Shown piece after piece: positions 1 through 8,452 of a DNA stretch of 35,923 nt (position 1 is its first letter; each line of letters opens with the position of its first letter). The notes beneath the pieces are model-generated. The model was not told where the DNA came from, made no database searches, and saw only the letters and a list, made by a program, of their open reading frames with translations. Made by a program: the position numbers and the translations under genes. Source of the DNA: Candidatus Woesearchaeota archaeon (GTDB lineage: Archaea; Nanobdellota; Nanobdellia; SCGC-AAA011-G17; GW2011-AR20); NCBI GenBank assembly GCA_018302915.1, contig JAGVZB010000020.1, positions 1-35,923 on the forward strand. Reading direction: 5' to 3'.

Positions 1-39
1 AGATCTACACTCTTTCCCTACACGACGCTCTTCCGATCT
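1..39. other. Illumina TruSeq universal adapter remnant (assembly artefact, not biological)
   Basis: Bases 1-39 read AGATCTACACTCTTTCCCTACACGACGCTCTTCCGATCT. This is the 3' part of the TruSeq universal adapter / read-1 primer site. Confidence 0.95.
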
Positions 40-53
40 ATTATGGGGAAGAT

Positions 54-581
54 TTGCCTATCTCTCGATTATTTGATCCTACATTCCGAGCAGAGTTAGG
101 TGAGAGGGTAAGGCCATTTATGATTAATGCTAAAGAAAGTGAATTACATAGAAGATGTTCATTTTTAGAAGAGGAACTACATTCACAACATGGATTAGTA
201 CCCATAGTTTTAGGTTATTTTACATTAAATTTAGGAGGAATTACAACCAGCACTCTTTTTGCAATTGGAGCCATGTCAATAAGAGGCAAGTTTGACGGAA
301 TGATTGTTGAAGAATGTAATGAAAAAACTAAAACGGCACATGCAAATGGAAGTATTGCCCTTGGGAGTATTCAGTTCATCAAAACATATGCTGGACCTCT
401 TAGTATTCCTGTTGAGTATTCTGGGCAAGGTAATGGATACCATCTTCAAGGTGGATGGAAAATCGATACTAGTCCATTAACAGGTCTTAAAAAAGTGATT
501 GCAGATGCAATACCGGAGGGGTCTAGATTTGGTAGTTTTGCTGCCATAAACTATGGTGAACTTGAAGTACATAATCTGTAA
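54..581 (+). CDS. hypothetical protein, probably 5'-truncated at the contig edge
   Basis: 175-aa ORF in the track. The TTG start is arbitrary and the frame stays open upstream into the adapter. No motif recognised. Looks somewhat more GC-rich than its neighbours by eye. Confidence 0.4.
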   Translation: MPISRLFDPTFRAELGERVRPFMINAKESELHRRCSFLEEELHSQHGLVPIVLGYFTLNLGGITTSTLFAIGAMSIRGKFDGMIVEECNEKTKTAHANGSIALGSIQFIKTYAGPLSIPVEYSGQGNGYHLQGGWKIDTSPLTGLKKVIADAIPEGSRFGSFAAINYGELEVHNL

Positions 582-743
582 TCATCATTAACTTTTTCTT
601 GTCGTGAAAATTATATTTAATCTAACCTTTGTTTTCTGACAATGACTCTGGAAATTTTTCATGCCTCATACCAATTTTTATTGTTATACTACAACAATTT
701 CTTAAACAGTAATGTATAAAAGCAGAGCATACTTATATATTTT

Positions 744-1583
744 ATGGTCTACATTCCAGTAGATATAGAAAAATCCATTGCAAAGGAATGCAAAAGAAGA
801 GGTTATAGTGATAAAACAATTAAAAGTTATACATATTGCATAAACAGGTTTCTAAAACACACCAACAAATCTCTTAATAAAATCAGCAAAAAAGATGTAA
901 GGTTATTTCTAGAGGGTTTATCTGAGAATAACAGAGCAGGAAACACAATGAATTTGTACCACATGGCAATCAGATTCCTGTTTGAAGAGGTTCTGGACAA
1001 AAGAATATGGATAGATATCAAATACAGCAAAATCCCAGAGAAAATTCCTGTTGTAATATCAAAATATGAAATAAAAGAGCTATTTAATGCAATTGAAAAT
1101 CCAAAGCATAAATTGATGATTCAAATGATGTATTCTGCCGGATTGAGGGTAAGTGAACTAATAAATTTGAAGGTTGATGATCTAGAAATAGGAAAAGGCT
1201 ATGGATTTGTAAGAAAAGGAAAAGGAAACAAAGACAGGATATTCATAATAGCAAATGCACTTAAAGAAAATATTAAAAAATTTATAGAATCAAAAAAACC
1301 AAATGAGTTTAATTGCTTGTTTACAAGCGTAAAAGGAAGAAAGTATAATATAAGCAGCCCAAGGCAGATAATTAGAAAAGCTTTGAAGAGCGCAGGAATC
1401 AACAAAAATATATCCTGCCATACCTTAAGGCATTCATTTGCAACACATTTGATTGAAAATGGCTACTCCATAAGCGAGGTTCAGGCTTTATTAGGGCATA
1501 AAAGCCCAGAGACAACATTTATTTATGTTCATGCCGCTTCCCCAAACATGATAAAGGTTAAAAGCCCACTGGATGAATTATAA
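744..1583 (+). CDS. xerA: tyrosine recombinase, XerA/XerCD-like (phage-integrase family)
   Basis: 279 aa. N-terminal core-binding-type segment (TIKSYTYCINRFLKH). C-terminal catalytic signature GLRVSEL...HTLRHSFATHLIENGYSISEVQALLGHKSPETTFIYVH (R...HxxR...H...Y). Confidence 0.75.
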   Translation: MVYIPVDIEKSIAKECKRRGYSDKTIKSYTYCINRFLKHTNKSLNKISKKDVRLFLEGLSENNRAGNTMNLYHMAIRFLFEEVLDKRIWIDIKYSKIPEKIPVVISKYEIKELFNAIENPKHKLMIQMMYSAGLRVSELINLKVDDLEIGKGYGFVRKGKGNKDRIFIIANALKENIKKFIESKKPNEFNCLFTSVKGRKYNISSPRQIIRKALKSAGINKNISCHTLRHSFATHLIENGYSISEVQALLGHKSPETTFIYVHAASPNMIKVKSPLDEL

Positions 1584-1621
1584 CAGTTAATTATTTATTT
1601 ATTTACTTTTTTAATTATTAT

Positions 1622-2407
1622 ATGGGAAGAGAATTACATCCAACACCTTTAAATGATAATTTTTTTAATAAAGATTCTGCAAAAGTATGGTACATATTAG
1701 GCTTGTTAGTTGATACCTATCTTCCTTTAAGAGGATCTGAAAAAGACATTATATTTAGAAACAGAGATTATAACCTGGTCAAAATAATAAAAACAAATCT
1801 AGAATGCGAAAATAATATAACATCCGACAATAGGGACAAGAACTCTCACTTTTTCCAAGTAACCAACAGAAGATTACGCCTAAGCCTTGAGGAAAGGGGA
1901 TTAACTCCGGACAAAAGAAACAGAAAATTTCCAGACAACATTCCGGAAGAATTCGTGCATCATTACATCAGGGGATTTATTGAGGATAAATGTGTAAAAA
2001 GAGATTACATTGAAAAAATTATATTACCTTTTTATCATGATTACCTTGCTGGATTAAACAAGAGCTTAAGAGAACATTGTGATGTTGAAAAACAAAGTAT
2101 AACTGGAAGTGAGACTTACTATGGATTTCAAGATACAGGAATGATTCATGAATTCATATATAAAAAACATAAAAATTTATATTTGCCAAATGTAAAAGAC
2201 AAATTCAGGCTGATAAACCCACATGAGGCTAAAAGAAAAAATATCGATGAAAAAATAAAAAAAGCAAAAAGATTATTGCTCCAGGGAAAAAAAGGGGATG
2301 AAATTGCCAGTATTTTAGGATGTGCAAGCAGAACCTCATTTTACATTTCCTTTAGAAAAAATACCGGTATGAGCACAAGAACATTTATAAGAGGAAATTA
2401 TAAATAA
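1622..2407 (+). CDS. degenerate LAGLIDADG-like domain fused to a C-terminal AraC-type HTH
   Basis: Two LAGLIDADG-like helices (KVWYILGLLVDTYL and HHYIRGFIEDKCV) about 95 aa apart, with the typical ...GLTPDKRNRKFPDNIP... linker. C-terminus GDEIASILGCASRTSFYISFRKNTGMSTRTF resembles the second AraC HTH. Confidence 0.45.
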   Translation: MGRELHPTPLNDNFFNKDSAKVWYILGLLVDTYLPLRGSEKDIIFRNRDYNLVKIIKTNLECENNITSDNRDKNSHFFQVTNRRLRLSLEERGLTPDKRNRKFPDNIPEEFVHHYIRGFIEDKCVKRDYIEKIILPFYHDYLAGLNKSLREHCDVEKQSITGSETYYGFQDTGMIHEFIYKKHKNLYLPNVKDKFRLINPHEAKRKNIDEKIKKAKRLLLQGKKGDEIASILGCASRTSFYISFRKNTGMSTRTFIRGNYK

Positions 2408-2417
2408 AAGAATTAAC

Positions 2418-3140
2418 ATGCTAGAATACATCTTACTTGGAATTGTGCAAGGAATAACTGAATGGCTTCCTGTCTCAAGCTCCGGGCATCTGGTTATATT
2501 CCAGGAGCTATTTAATATAAAGGCAGACCTGTTCTATGACATATGGCTTCATCTCGGGACTTTAATTGTTCTGGTATTCTTCTTTTACAAGGATATAATA
2601 AATATAAGCAGGAAATGGATTTTATACATAATAATAGGAAGCCTCATCACAGGAGCCATAGGACTTGTTTTTTATGACATACTAAAAAGCTTCTTCAGCA
2701 ATTTATTAGTTGTTGGACTTGGACTTATTTTTACAGGAATAATATTATTTTTAACCAAGAATTATAACGGGAAAAGAGAATTAAATAAAATTGATTCCAT
2801 CTTAATCGGGCTGTCACAAGCAATAGCAATAATCCCGGGAGTTTCAAGATCAGGAGCCACCATTTCAACAGGGCTGTTAAGAGATATAAATAAAGAAAAA
2901 GCGTTCAAGTTCAGTTTTCTATTAAGCATACCTGCTATTTTAGGTGCATTATTATATGAAGGAAGAAATATAAGTTTTAACATAAGTATTGAGCATATTG
3001 TTGGATTGTTAGCTTCTGTCATTGTTGGTTATTTATCATTAAAAATATTATTCAAAATTGTCAGGAAAAGAAAGCTGCATTATTTCAGCTATTACTGCTG
3101 GATTGCCGGGATAATAATTATTTTAATCCAATACATTTAA
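2418..3140 (+). CDS. uppP: undecaprenyl-diphosphate phosphatase (BacA/UppP)
   Basis: Signature motifs GIVQGITEWLPVSSSGHL and IIPGVSRSGATIS. Polytopic membrane protein of 240 aa. Confidence 0.9.
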   Translation: MLEYILLGIVQGITEWLPVSSSGHLVIFQELFNIKADLFYDIWLHLGTLIVLVFFFYKDIINISRKWILYIIIGSLITGAIGLVFYDILKSFFSNLLVVGLGLIFTGIILFLTKNYNGKRELNKIDSILIGLSQAIAIIPGVSRSGATISTGLLRDINKEKAFKFSFLLSIPAILGALLYEGRNISFNISIEHIVGLLASVIVGYLSLKILFKIVRKRKLHYFSYYCWIAGIIIILIQYI

Positions 3141-3166
3141 AAAACCCAAATTCTAAACCAATTATT

Positions 3167-4969
3167 ATGGAAATAGAGAAACTAGTGCCTGACACAAGCG
3201 TTATCATTGAAAACATAATATCACAGAAGCTTGAAAAGAAGGAAATAAGGATAAAAGAGCTAATAATTCACGAGGCTGTTCTTGCCGAGCTTGAGCACCA
3301 GGCCAACCTTGGAAAGGAAATAGGAAGGTTCGGGCTTGATGAGCTGAAAAAATTAAGGGAGTTATCCAAGAAATTAAAATTTGAAATAAAATACACTGGA
3401 AGAAGGCCAAACACTTCAGAAATAAGAAGCGCTTCTTTGGGAGAGATTGATTCCTTGATAAGGGATTTGGCATATAATGAAGATGCAATGCTTCTTACAG
3501 GAGACAAGGTCCAAAGCAAGGTTGCAGAAGCAAAGGGAATAAATGTAATGTACATAGAGCCAGTAATAAAGGCAAAAAAGCTAAAGATTGAAAAATTCTT
3601 CGATGAAAAAACAATGAGCGTCCACTTGAGGGAAAATTACAAGCCATATGCTAAGAAAGGAATGCCTGGGCAATGGGAGACTGTAATGCTAAGCGACAAG
3701 AACCTTGACCAGGATGAAATCATAGACTTCAGCAGGAACATTATTGAGGAAGCAAAAATAAGGAAGGAAGGCTTCATAGAAATAGAAAGAAGAGGAAGCT
3801 CTATTGTACAGATAGGAAACTTCAGGATTGTAATCACAAGGCCGCCTTTTTCGGATGCATATGAAATAACATGCGTAAGGCCAATAAAAAAATTAAACAT
3901 CAATGATTATGAATTAAGCGAGAAATTAAAAAAAAGAATTGAGGAACAAGCTGAAGGAATTTTAATTGCCGGCTCGCCAGGCATGGGGAAAAGTACCTGT
4001 GCAAGTGCACTGGCAGAATTTTATGCCTCTAAAAACAAAACAGTAAAGACAATAGAGGCGCCAAGAGACCTGCAGCTAAGCGACAACATAACGCAGTATG
4101 CAATCTCCCACGGAACTCCTGAAGAGATACATGATGTATTATTATTATCAAGGCCAGATTATGTGATATATGATGAGATGAGAAACACAACAGACTTCAG
4201 GCTTTTTGCAGATCTAAGATTAAGCGGAATCGGAATTGTAGGAGTGATTCATGCAACTGCCCCTGTGGATTCAATACAAAGATTCATCGGAAGGATGGAT
4301 CTTGGCGTGATACCACAGATAATTGACACCGTCGTGTTCATCAAGGATGGAAAGGTCGGGAAAGTCCTAAGTTTGATGATGACTGTCAAAGTTCCAAGCG
4401 GAATGACCGAGGCTGACCTGTCAAGGCCTGTAGTCGAAGTGAGAGACTTTGAAAATGACAAACTTGAATATGAGATTTATTCCTACGGAGAAGAAACCGT
4501 CGTGATTCCTGTTTCCAAAGATGAAAAGAAAGCACCACTGAAGGAATTGGCATCAAGGCAGATTGAATATGAGCTACAAAGAGAAATTCCCGGGGTAAAG
4601 GCTGACTTAGTCTCAGACAGCAGAGCCATAATTTATGTTCCTGAAGATGACATCGGAAAGGTAATAGGAAAAAAAGGTGAAAGAATAACTGAAATAGAAA
4701 AAAGGCTCGGGATTCACATTGATGTAAAACCGCTTGATGAAAGCAAGAGCGAAATCAAGTACAACCTAAGCGAGAAAAACAATGTATTGTTCTTTTATGT
4801 AAGCAACAACCTGTCAAACAAGAATGTTGACTTTCACGGGAAAGACGGATACCTGTTCAGTGCAAGAGTAGGAAATAAAGGAGAAATTAAAATCAAAAAA
4901 AGAAGCAAGATGGCTGACAGGCTGCTAAAAATGCTTGACAGGAATGAAAAAGTTATACTAAAAATCTAA
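3167..4969 (+). CDS. PIN-domain / P-loop (PilT-like) ATPase with C-terminal KH domain
   Basis: N-terminal PIN-like segment (LVPDTSVII...LLTGD). Walker A GSPGMGKST. Walker B-like YVIYDEMR. KH GxxG motif VIGKKGERITEIEKRLG. This architecture is conserved in archaea. Confidence 0.75.
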   Translation: MEIEKLVPDTSVIIENIISQKLEKKEIRIKELIIHEAVLAELEHQANLGKEIGRFGLDELKKLRELSKKLKFEIKYTGRRPNTSEIRSASLGEIDSLIRDLAYNEDAMLLTGDKVQSKVAEAKGINVMYIEPVIKAKKLKIEKFFDEKTMSVHLRENYKPYAKKGMPGQWETVMLSDKNLDQDEIIDFSRNIIEEAKIRKEGFIEIERRGSSIVQIGNFRIVITRPPFSDAYEITCVRPIKKLNINDYELSEKLKKRIEEQAEGILIAGSPGMGKSTCASALAEFYASKNKTVKTIEAPRDLQLSDNITQYAISHGTPEEIHDVLLLSRPDYVIYDEMRNTTDFRLFADLRLSGIGIVGVIHATAPVDSIQRFIGRMDLGVIPQIIDTVVFIKDGKVGKVLSLMMTVKVPSGMTEADLSRPVVEVRDFENDKLEYEIYSYGEETVVIPVSKDEKKAPLKELASRQIEYELQREIPGVKADLVSDSRAIIYVPEDDIGKVIGKKGERITEIEKRLGIHIDVKPLDESKSEIKYNLSEKNNVLFFYVSNNLSNKNVDFHGKDGYLFSARVGNKGEIKIKKRSKMADRLLKMLDRNEKVILKI

Positions 4970-4975
4970 AAAGTT

Positions 4976-5239
4976 TTATTTTCTATAATATATAATTAAT
5001 AAAAAATATGTTAAATATACTGATAAAAAAATTGTTTGGCCTATCACAAGGTATACATCACTTAACAAGAAAAATTTTATTAGCAATACAAGCGCACCAA
5101 AACTTCTTATAATGCATCCTTTTATTGATATGTCCTTAGATGATTTTCTTTTTGTGATATGCAATATTTGTATAATGATATCTGCTGTTAAAGCAATGAA
5201 TGCAACAATTAATGCATAATCAATCAGTATCTGCAACAT
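4976..5239 (-). CDS. small 3-TM membrane protein, PQ-loop/SemiSWEET-like
   Basis: 87 aa with three hydrophobic helices. TM1 is followed by IQILHITKRKSSKDISIKG, resembling the PQ-loop motif (PQ..K.KS..G.S) with P replaced by I. Confidence 0.35.
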   Translation of the reverse strand: MLQILIDYALIVAFIALTADIIIQILHITKRKSSKDISIKGCIIRSFGALVLLIKFFLLSDVYLVIGQTIFLSVYLTYFLLIIYYRK

Positions 5240-5333
5240 AGTTTATTACTGCTTAACATTCCCTATTTAATAATTTCTAAATACCAAAATATTAAGATAG
5301 TTTTAAAAGTTAATATATATTTATTATTTATAT

Positions 5334-5408
5334 GCTCCCGTAGCTCAACCTGGACAGAGCATTTCCGTCCTAAGGAAAGGGTTGTGGGTTCGAATCCCAT
5401 CGGGAGCG
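5334..5408 (+). tRNA. tRNA-Arg (anticodon CCT), no intron
   Basis: Hand-folded cloverleaf: acceptor GCTCCCG/CGGGAGC, D stem GCTC/GAGC, anticodon arm TTTCC-GTCCTAA-GGAAA, T arm GTGGG-TTCGAAT-CCCAT, discriminator G. 75 nt. Confidence 0.85.
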
Positions 5409-5417
5409 CTTTTAGAA

Positions 5418-5831
5418 TTACTTGTTAAACTTCTTCTTTATTTCCTTGACTTTTTTCAGAACATCTTCAGGAAGGCTTTCCCTGTTTTCATCTGACTCAT
5501 ACATCTTCACCAATGCATCTTCCTTCCTTCTCAGATCATAATAATAATCAAAATAATTGCTTCCTGTCTTCAACTGCCTCTCAATGTCCCTTATCTGGTT
5601 CAACAGAAAAAGAGCCTCTGAATTCTTTCCGGTAAGCCTTATCTTAACCTTTTCCCTTGGAGCAGGGATGTCATCAACTATGTCCTCAACCTTTATCTTA
5701 ACTGGGGATTTCTCATACATGCTCGGGATGGGCTTCTTGTTTTTAGCCTGCAGCCTCCTCAAAACATCCAGTGTTGACTCCCTCTGCTTTATTTCCATAA
5801 AAGACTTTATCAAGAATAAAGATTTAAACAT
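5418..5831 (-). CDS. hypothetical protein
   Basis: 137-aa ORF with a charged, non-repetitive sequence. An alternative start at Met12 (5798) is equally plausible. No motif recognised. Confidence 0.45.
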   Translation of the reverse strand: MFKSLFLIKSFMEIKQRESTLDVLRRLQAKNKKPIPSMYEKSPVKIKVEDIVDDIPAPREKVKIRLTGKNSEALFLLNQIRDIERQLKTGSNYFDYYYDLRRKEDALVKMYESDENRESLPEDVLKKVKEIKKKFNK

Positions 5832-5902
5832 ATTGTTATTATTGCTCAGTTATATTTGTCTGTTTTAGAAAACTTTTTATATTCTCCTTTTAAAAGATAA
5901 TC

Positions 5903-6055
5903 ATGGCAGAACAGATAAGAATGCCTTCCGGAATGGGAGGACTGGTAAGGTATTTTGATGACTTCAAGACAAAGGTAAACCTATCCCCTGAGCTCATAGT
6001 TGGGGTAATAATTGCTGTCATAGTTCTTGAGTATATCCTGCACAACTTCATCTAA
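5903..6055 (+). CDS. preprotein translocase subunit Sec61-beta (archaeal SecG)
   Basis: 50-aa ORF missing from the supplied track (<60 aa): MAEQIRMPSGMGGLVRYFDDFKTKVNLSPELIVGVIIAVIVLEYILHNFI. It has the Sec61-beta hallmark G-L-x-R-Y-F-D followed by one C-terminal TM helix. Confidence 0.75.
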   Translation: MAEQIRMPSGMGGLVRYFDDFKTKVNLSPELIVGVIIAVIVLEYILHNFI

Positions 6056-6056
6056 A

Positions 6057-6371
6057 ATGTTTCCCGGATTAAACCCAAAAAATATGGAGAAGATAATGAA
6101 GCAGATGGGGATAAAGCAGGAAGAGATAGATGCTGATGAGGTGATAATAAAAAATTCCAGCAGGAATATAATAATAAAAAATCCAAAAGTAACCAAGATA
6201 AACATGCAGGGGCATGAAACTTTCCAGGTTACCGGGGATGTCCAAGAGGAGATGAATGAAGAGGACGTTAATACAATAATGGAGCAGACAGGATGCTCGA
6301 GGGAAGAAGCCGAGAAAGCCCTTGAAAAATATGAGGATCTCACAGAAGCAATAATAAGCTTAAAGGAATAA
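6057..6371 (+). CDS. nac: nascent polypeptide-associated complex protein (NAC + UBA domains)
   Basis: MFPGLNPKNMEKIMKQMGIKQEEI...NAC beta-barrel...C-terminal UBA EEDVNTIMEQTGCSREEAEKALEKYEDLTEAI. The ATG at 6057 is preferred over the track's TTG at 6027 and lies 1 nt after the Sec61-beta stop. Confidence 0.85.
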   Translation: MFPGLNPKNMEKIMKQMGIKQEEIDADEVIIKNSSRNIIIKNPKVTKINMQGHETFQVTGDVQEEMNEEDVNTIMEQTGCSREEAEKALEKYEDLTEAIISLKE

Positions 6372-6376
6372 AACAA

Positions 6377-6610
6377 TTATATTTTATTAATTGATTCTAT
6401 CTCATTCAAAAAAATAACTGTACTATCAGAATACCCATCATCTGTTTTCTCCCTTGATACCTTTAAAAAATTTGTACTGCCATTTTTATACCTTCTTCCA
6501 GAACCATCACACAAATACCTAAAATAATATAATGTTCTCACTTTATCATCCCTTACCTCAACCAAATCCCCTTCAACCAATTTTTCCAGTTCTTTTCTTT
6601 TGATTGGCAT
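6377..6610 (-). CDS. hypothetical protein
   Basis: 77-aa ORF with a non-repetitive sequence and no motif recognised. Confidence 0.4.
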   Translation of the reverse strand: MPIKRKELEKLVEGDLVEVRDDKVRTLYYFRYLCDGSGRRYKNGSTNFLKVSREKTDDGYSDSTVIFLNEIESINKI

Positions 6611-6661
6611 GGAATATTAAAAAAGCATAATTTATTTAAGTTTTATCAACCTGCAATATAC

Positions 6662-7144
6662 ATGAAAGAAATAAGGATTGTTCTTGACAGGGCAAACGAG
6701 CTCATAAAAAGGGCTGACCACATGTTCTACATCACCTATCCCCTGATCAAAGACAACAAATTAATAATAACAATGGCCGAGAACATAAGCAACGGAATGA
6801 GCCATGCAATGGATGCCATACTGATGTATGAAAGATTATACAAGAGAATCTCAATTTATCCCGAAGACTTCAACGTAAAAATGGGCATATTCAGGGATTC
6901 AATAGCAAAAAGGTATAATATTGAGAAGGAGCATATTAACCTTATCCGCGATCTGAAGATGTTCCTTGAGGAAAGAAAAAACAGCGGGGCAGAATTTATG
7001 AAAAATGATAAATATGCCTTTTTTAACCAAAAACAAGAGCTAAAAAGCCTTGGTTTGGACAGAATAAAGCAAAATTTAAATATGAGCAAGGAGTTCATAA
7101 GGAAGGTGAATGGGATACTTACAAATGTTACAACACGATTCTGA
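6662..7144 (+). CDS. hypothetical alpha-helical protein, tandem paralog A
   Basis: 160 aa. N-terminal motif ELIKRADHMFYITYP is shared with the next gene. Confidence 0.55.
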   Translation: MKEIRIVLDRANELIKRADHMFYITYPLIKDNKLIITMAENISNGMSHAMDAILMYERLYKRISIYPEDFNVKMGIFRDSIAKRYNIEKEHINLIRDLKMFLEERKNSGAEFMKNDKYAFFNQKQELKSLGLDRIKQNLNMSKEFIRKVNGILTNVTTRF

Positions 7145-7574
7145 TTCAAAGGAAGAGCTGAAAAGGGCTGACCATCTTTTATATGTTACGCTAAAATACA
7201 CGAAGAACATAGACGTCATAAGAAATGCAATCAGGAGGCTCATAAATGCATGCGACTATGCAATACTTGACGTCACTGAATGGCTCAAGGCAAAGAAGAA
7301 AATAAAGCACATCCCCTTAATGCCAATTGAAAGGGCCATTGAGGTAAAAAAACACTTCAGAAAATCAGACCTCATAGCTTTCATCGATTTCTATCTCATT
7401 CTAAAAAAAATTGACCGCGCCGAGTACACAAGAAAAGAGGAATACAAAAAAGGCGTAAAACTTATTGCAATAGATGAAAATGAGGAAACCTGGGAAATCA
7501 ACATCGAGAAGCTGTATGAATTCTTCGAGAAAACAAAAGAATTTGTCAAGTACGTTGAGGAAAATTACAAATAA
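7125..7574 (+). CDS. hypothetical alpha-helical protein, tandem paralog B
   Basis: About 150 aa. EELKRADHLLYVTLKYT matches the motif of the upstream gene. ATG at 7125 (the track gives 7110). Overlaps the upstream gene's 3' end. Confidence 0.55.
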   Translation: MLQHDSDSKEELKRADHLLYVTLKYTKNIDVIRNAIRRLINACDYAILDVTEWLKAKKKIKHIPLMPIERAIEVKKHFRKSDLIAFIDFYLILKKIDRAEYTRKEEYKKGVKLIAIDENEETWEINIEKLYEFFEKTKEFVKYVEENYK

Positions 7575-7603
7575 TTTATATATTAAGAAAAAATAGGAAT
7601 AAC

Positions 7604-8365
7604 ATGAGAAAAATACTGATTTGCTCTGCAAAGGGCGGCGTTTCAAAGACAACAAGCGCAATCAACATAAGCTCAGCACTGAACAAGCTCGGGAGGGATG
7701 TCATTCTTGTCGACTGCAATCTTACAACACCTAATGTAGGGTTATATTATGGCATTGCAAAAGTTGAGAGAACAATCCATGACGTGATGAACAAGAAGGG
7801 AGACATAAGGAAAGCAATCTATCTTCATAAATCAGGATTAAAAATAATTCCTGGAAGCATTTCAATAAACAGCCTGAAGAAAGTAAGGCCTGAATTCCTG
7901 AAGCAAAAACTGAACAGCCTAAATTCTGAATTCCTGATAATGGACAGCTCTGCAGGGCTTGGAAGGGAATCATTGGCTGCCCTTGATGCATGCGATGAGG
8001 TTCTAATATTAGTCAACCCTGAACTTCCGTCTGTTGCCGATGGATTAAAGCTGATCAAAATTGCTGAGGAACTAAAAAAAGAGATAATAGGAGTTGTTGT
8101 GTGCAGGAAAAGAGGAAAGCTTGAAATGAAGATGGATGCAATTGAAAATTTAATGGATAACAGGCCGATAATAGGTGTCATTCCTGAGGATGAGCATGTC
8201 AAAAAGGCGCTAGTCAGGGAAGAAAGCGTGTTCAACCTGTATCCTGATTCTGAAGCCGGAAGAGCATATAACAGGCTAGCCCATTACCTGACAGGGGAAA
8301 TATACAACAACGAAAGCAAAAAAGGATTCTTTGATAATTTTCTTGAGGTTCTTGGCTTAAAATAA
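7604..8365 (+). CDS. MinD/ParA-family P-loop ATPase
   Basis: Deviant Walker A ICSAKGGVSKTTSA, DCN/Walker A' region and Walker B FLIMDSSAG. 253 aa. Confidence 0.85.
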   Translation: MRKILICSAKGGVSKTTSAINISSALNKLGRDVILVDCNLTTPNVGLYYGIAKVERTIHDVMNKKGDIRKAIYLHKSGLKIIPGSISINSLKKVRPEFLKQKLNSLNSEFLIMDSSAGLGRESLAALDACDEVLILVNPELPSVADGLKLIKIAEELKKEIIGVVVCRKRGKLEMKMDAIENLMDNRPIIGVIPEDEHVKKALVREESVFNLYPDSEAGRAYNRLAHYLTGEIYNNESKKGFFDNFLEVLGLK

Positions 8366-8452
8366 TGTTACCACTTGTAAATTATAATAAATAGAAAGAT
8401 TTATAAATGCTTTTTTTATCCATATCATAGACTTGAGGTGCAGGAGAACAAA

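Noticed and set aside
680-698. Inverted repeat ATTGTT-N7-AACAAT upstream of the xerA-like gene as a candidate dif or att site.
   Set aside because: The arms are only 6 bp in AT-rich DNA, far below what is needed to call a recombinase site. No second copy was seen.
5981-6376. 131-aa minus-strand ORF in the track, and similar antisense ORFs at 827-1030, 3204-3555, 7825-8235, 10189-10743, 18791-19105, 19727-20083, 24340-25641, 29255-29734 and 33894-34178.
   Set aside because: They lie entirely antisense to confidently identified genes (NAC, xerA, PIN-ATPase, minD-like, pheS, gltX, gatE, Lrp-like, ftsZ). Their Ser/Leu/Phe/Ile-rich low-complexity translations are what is expected from the complement of Lys/Glu-rich AT-rich coding DNA.
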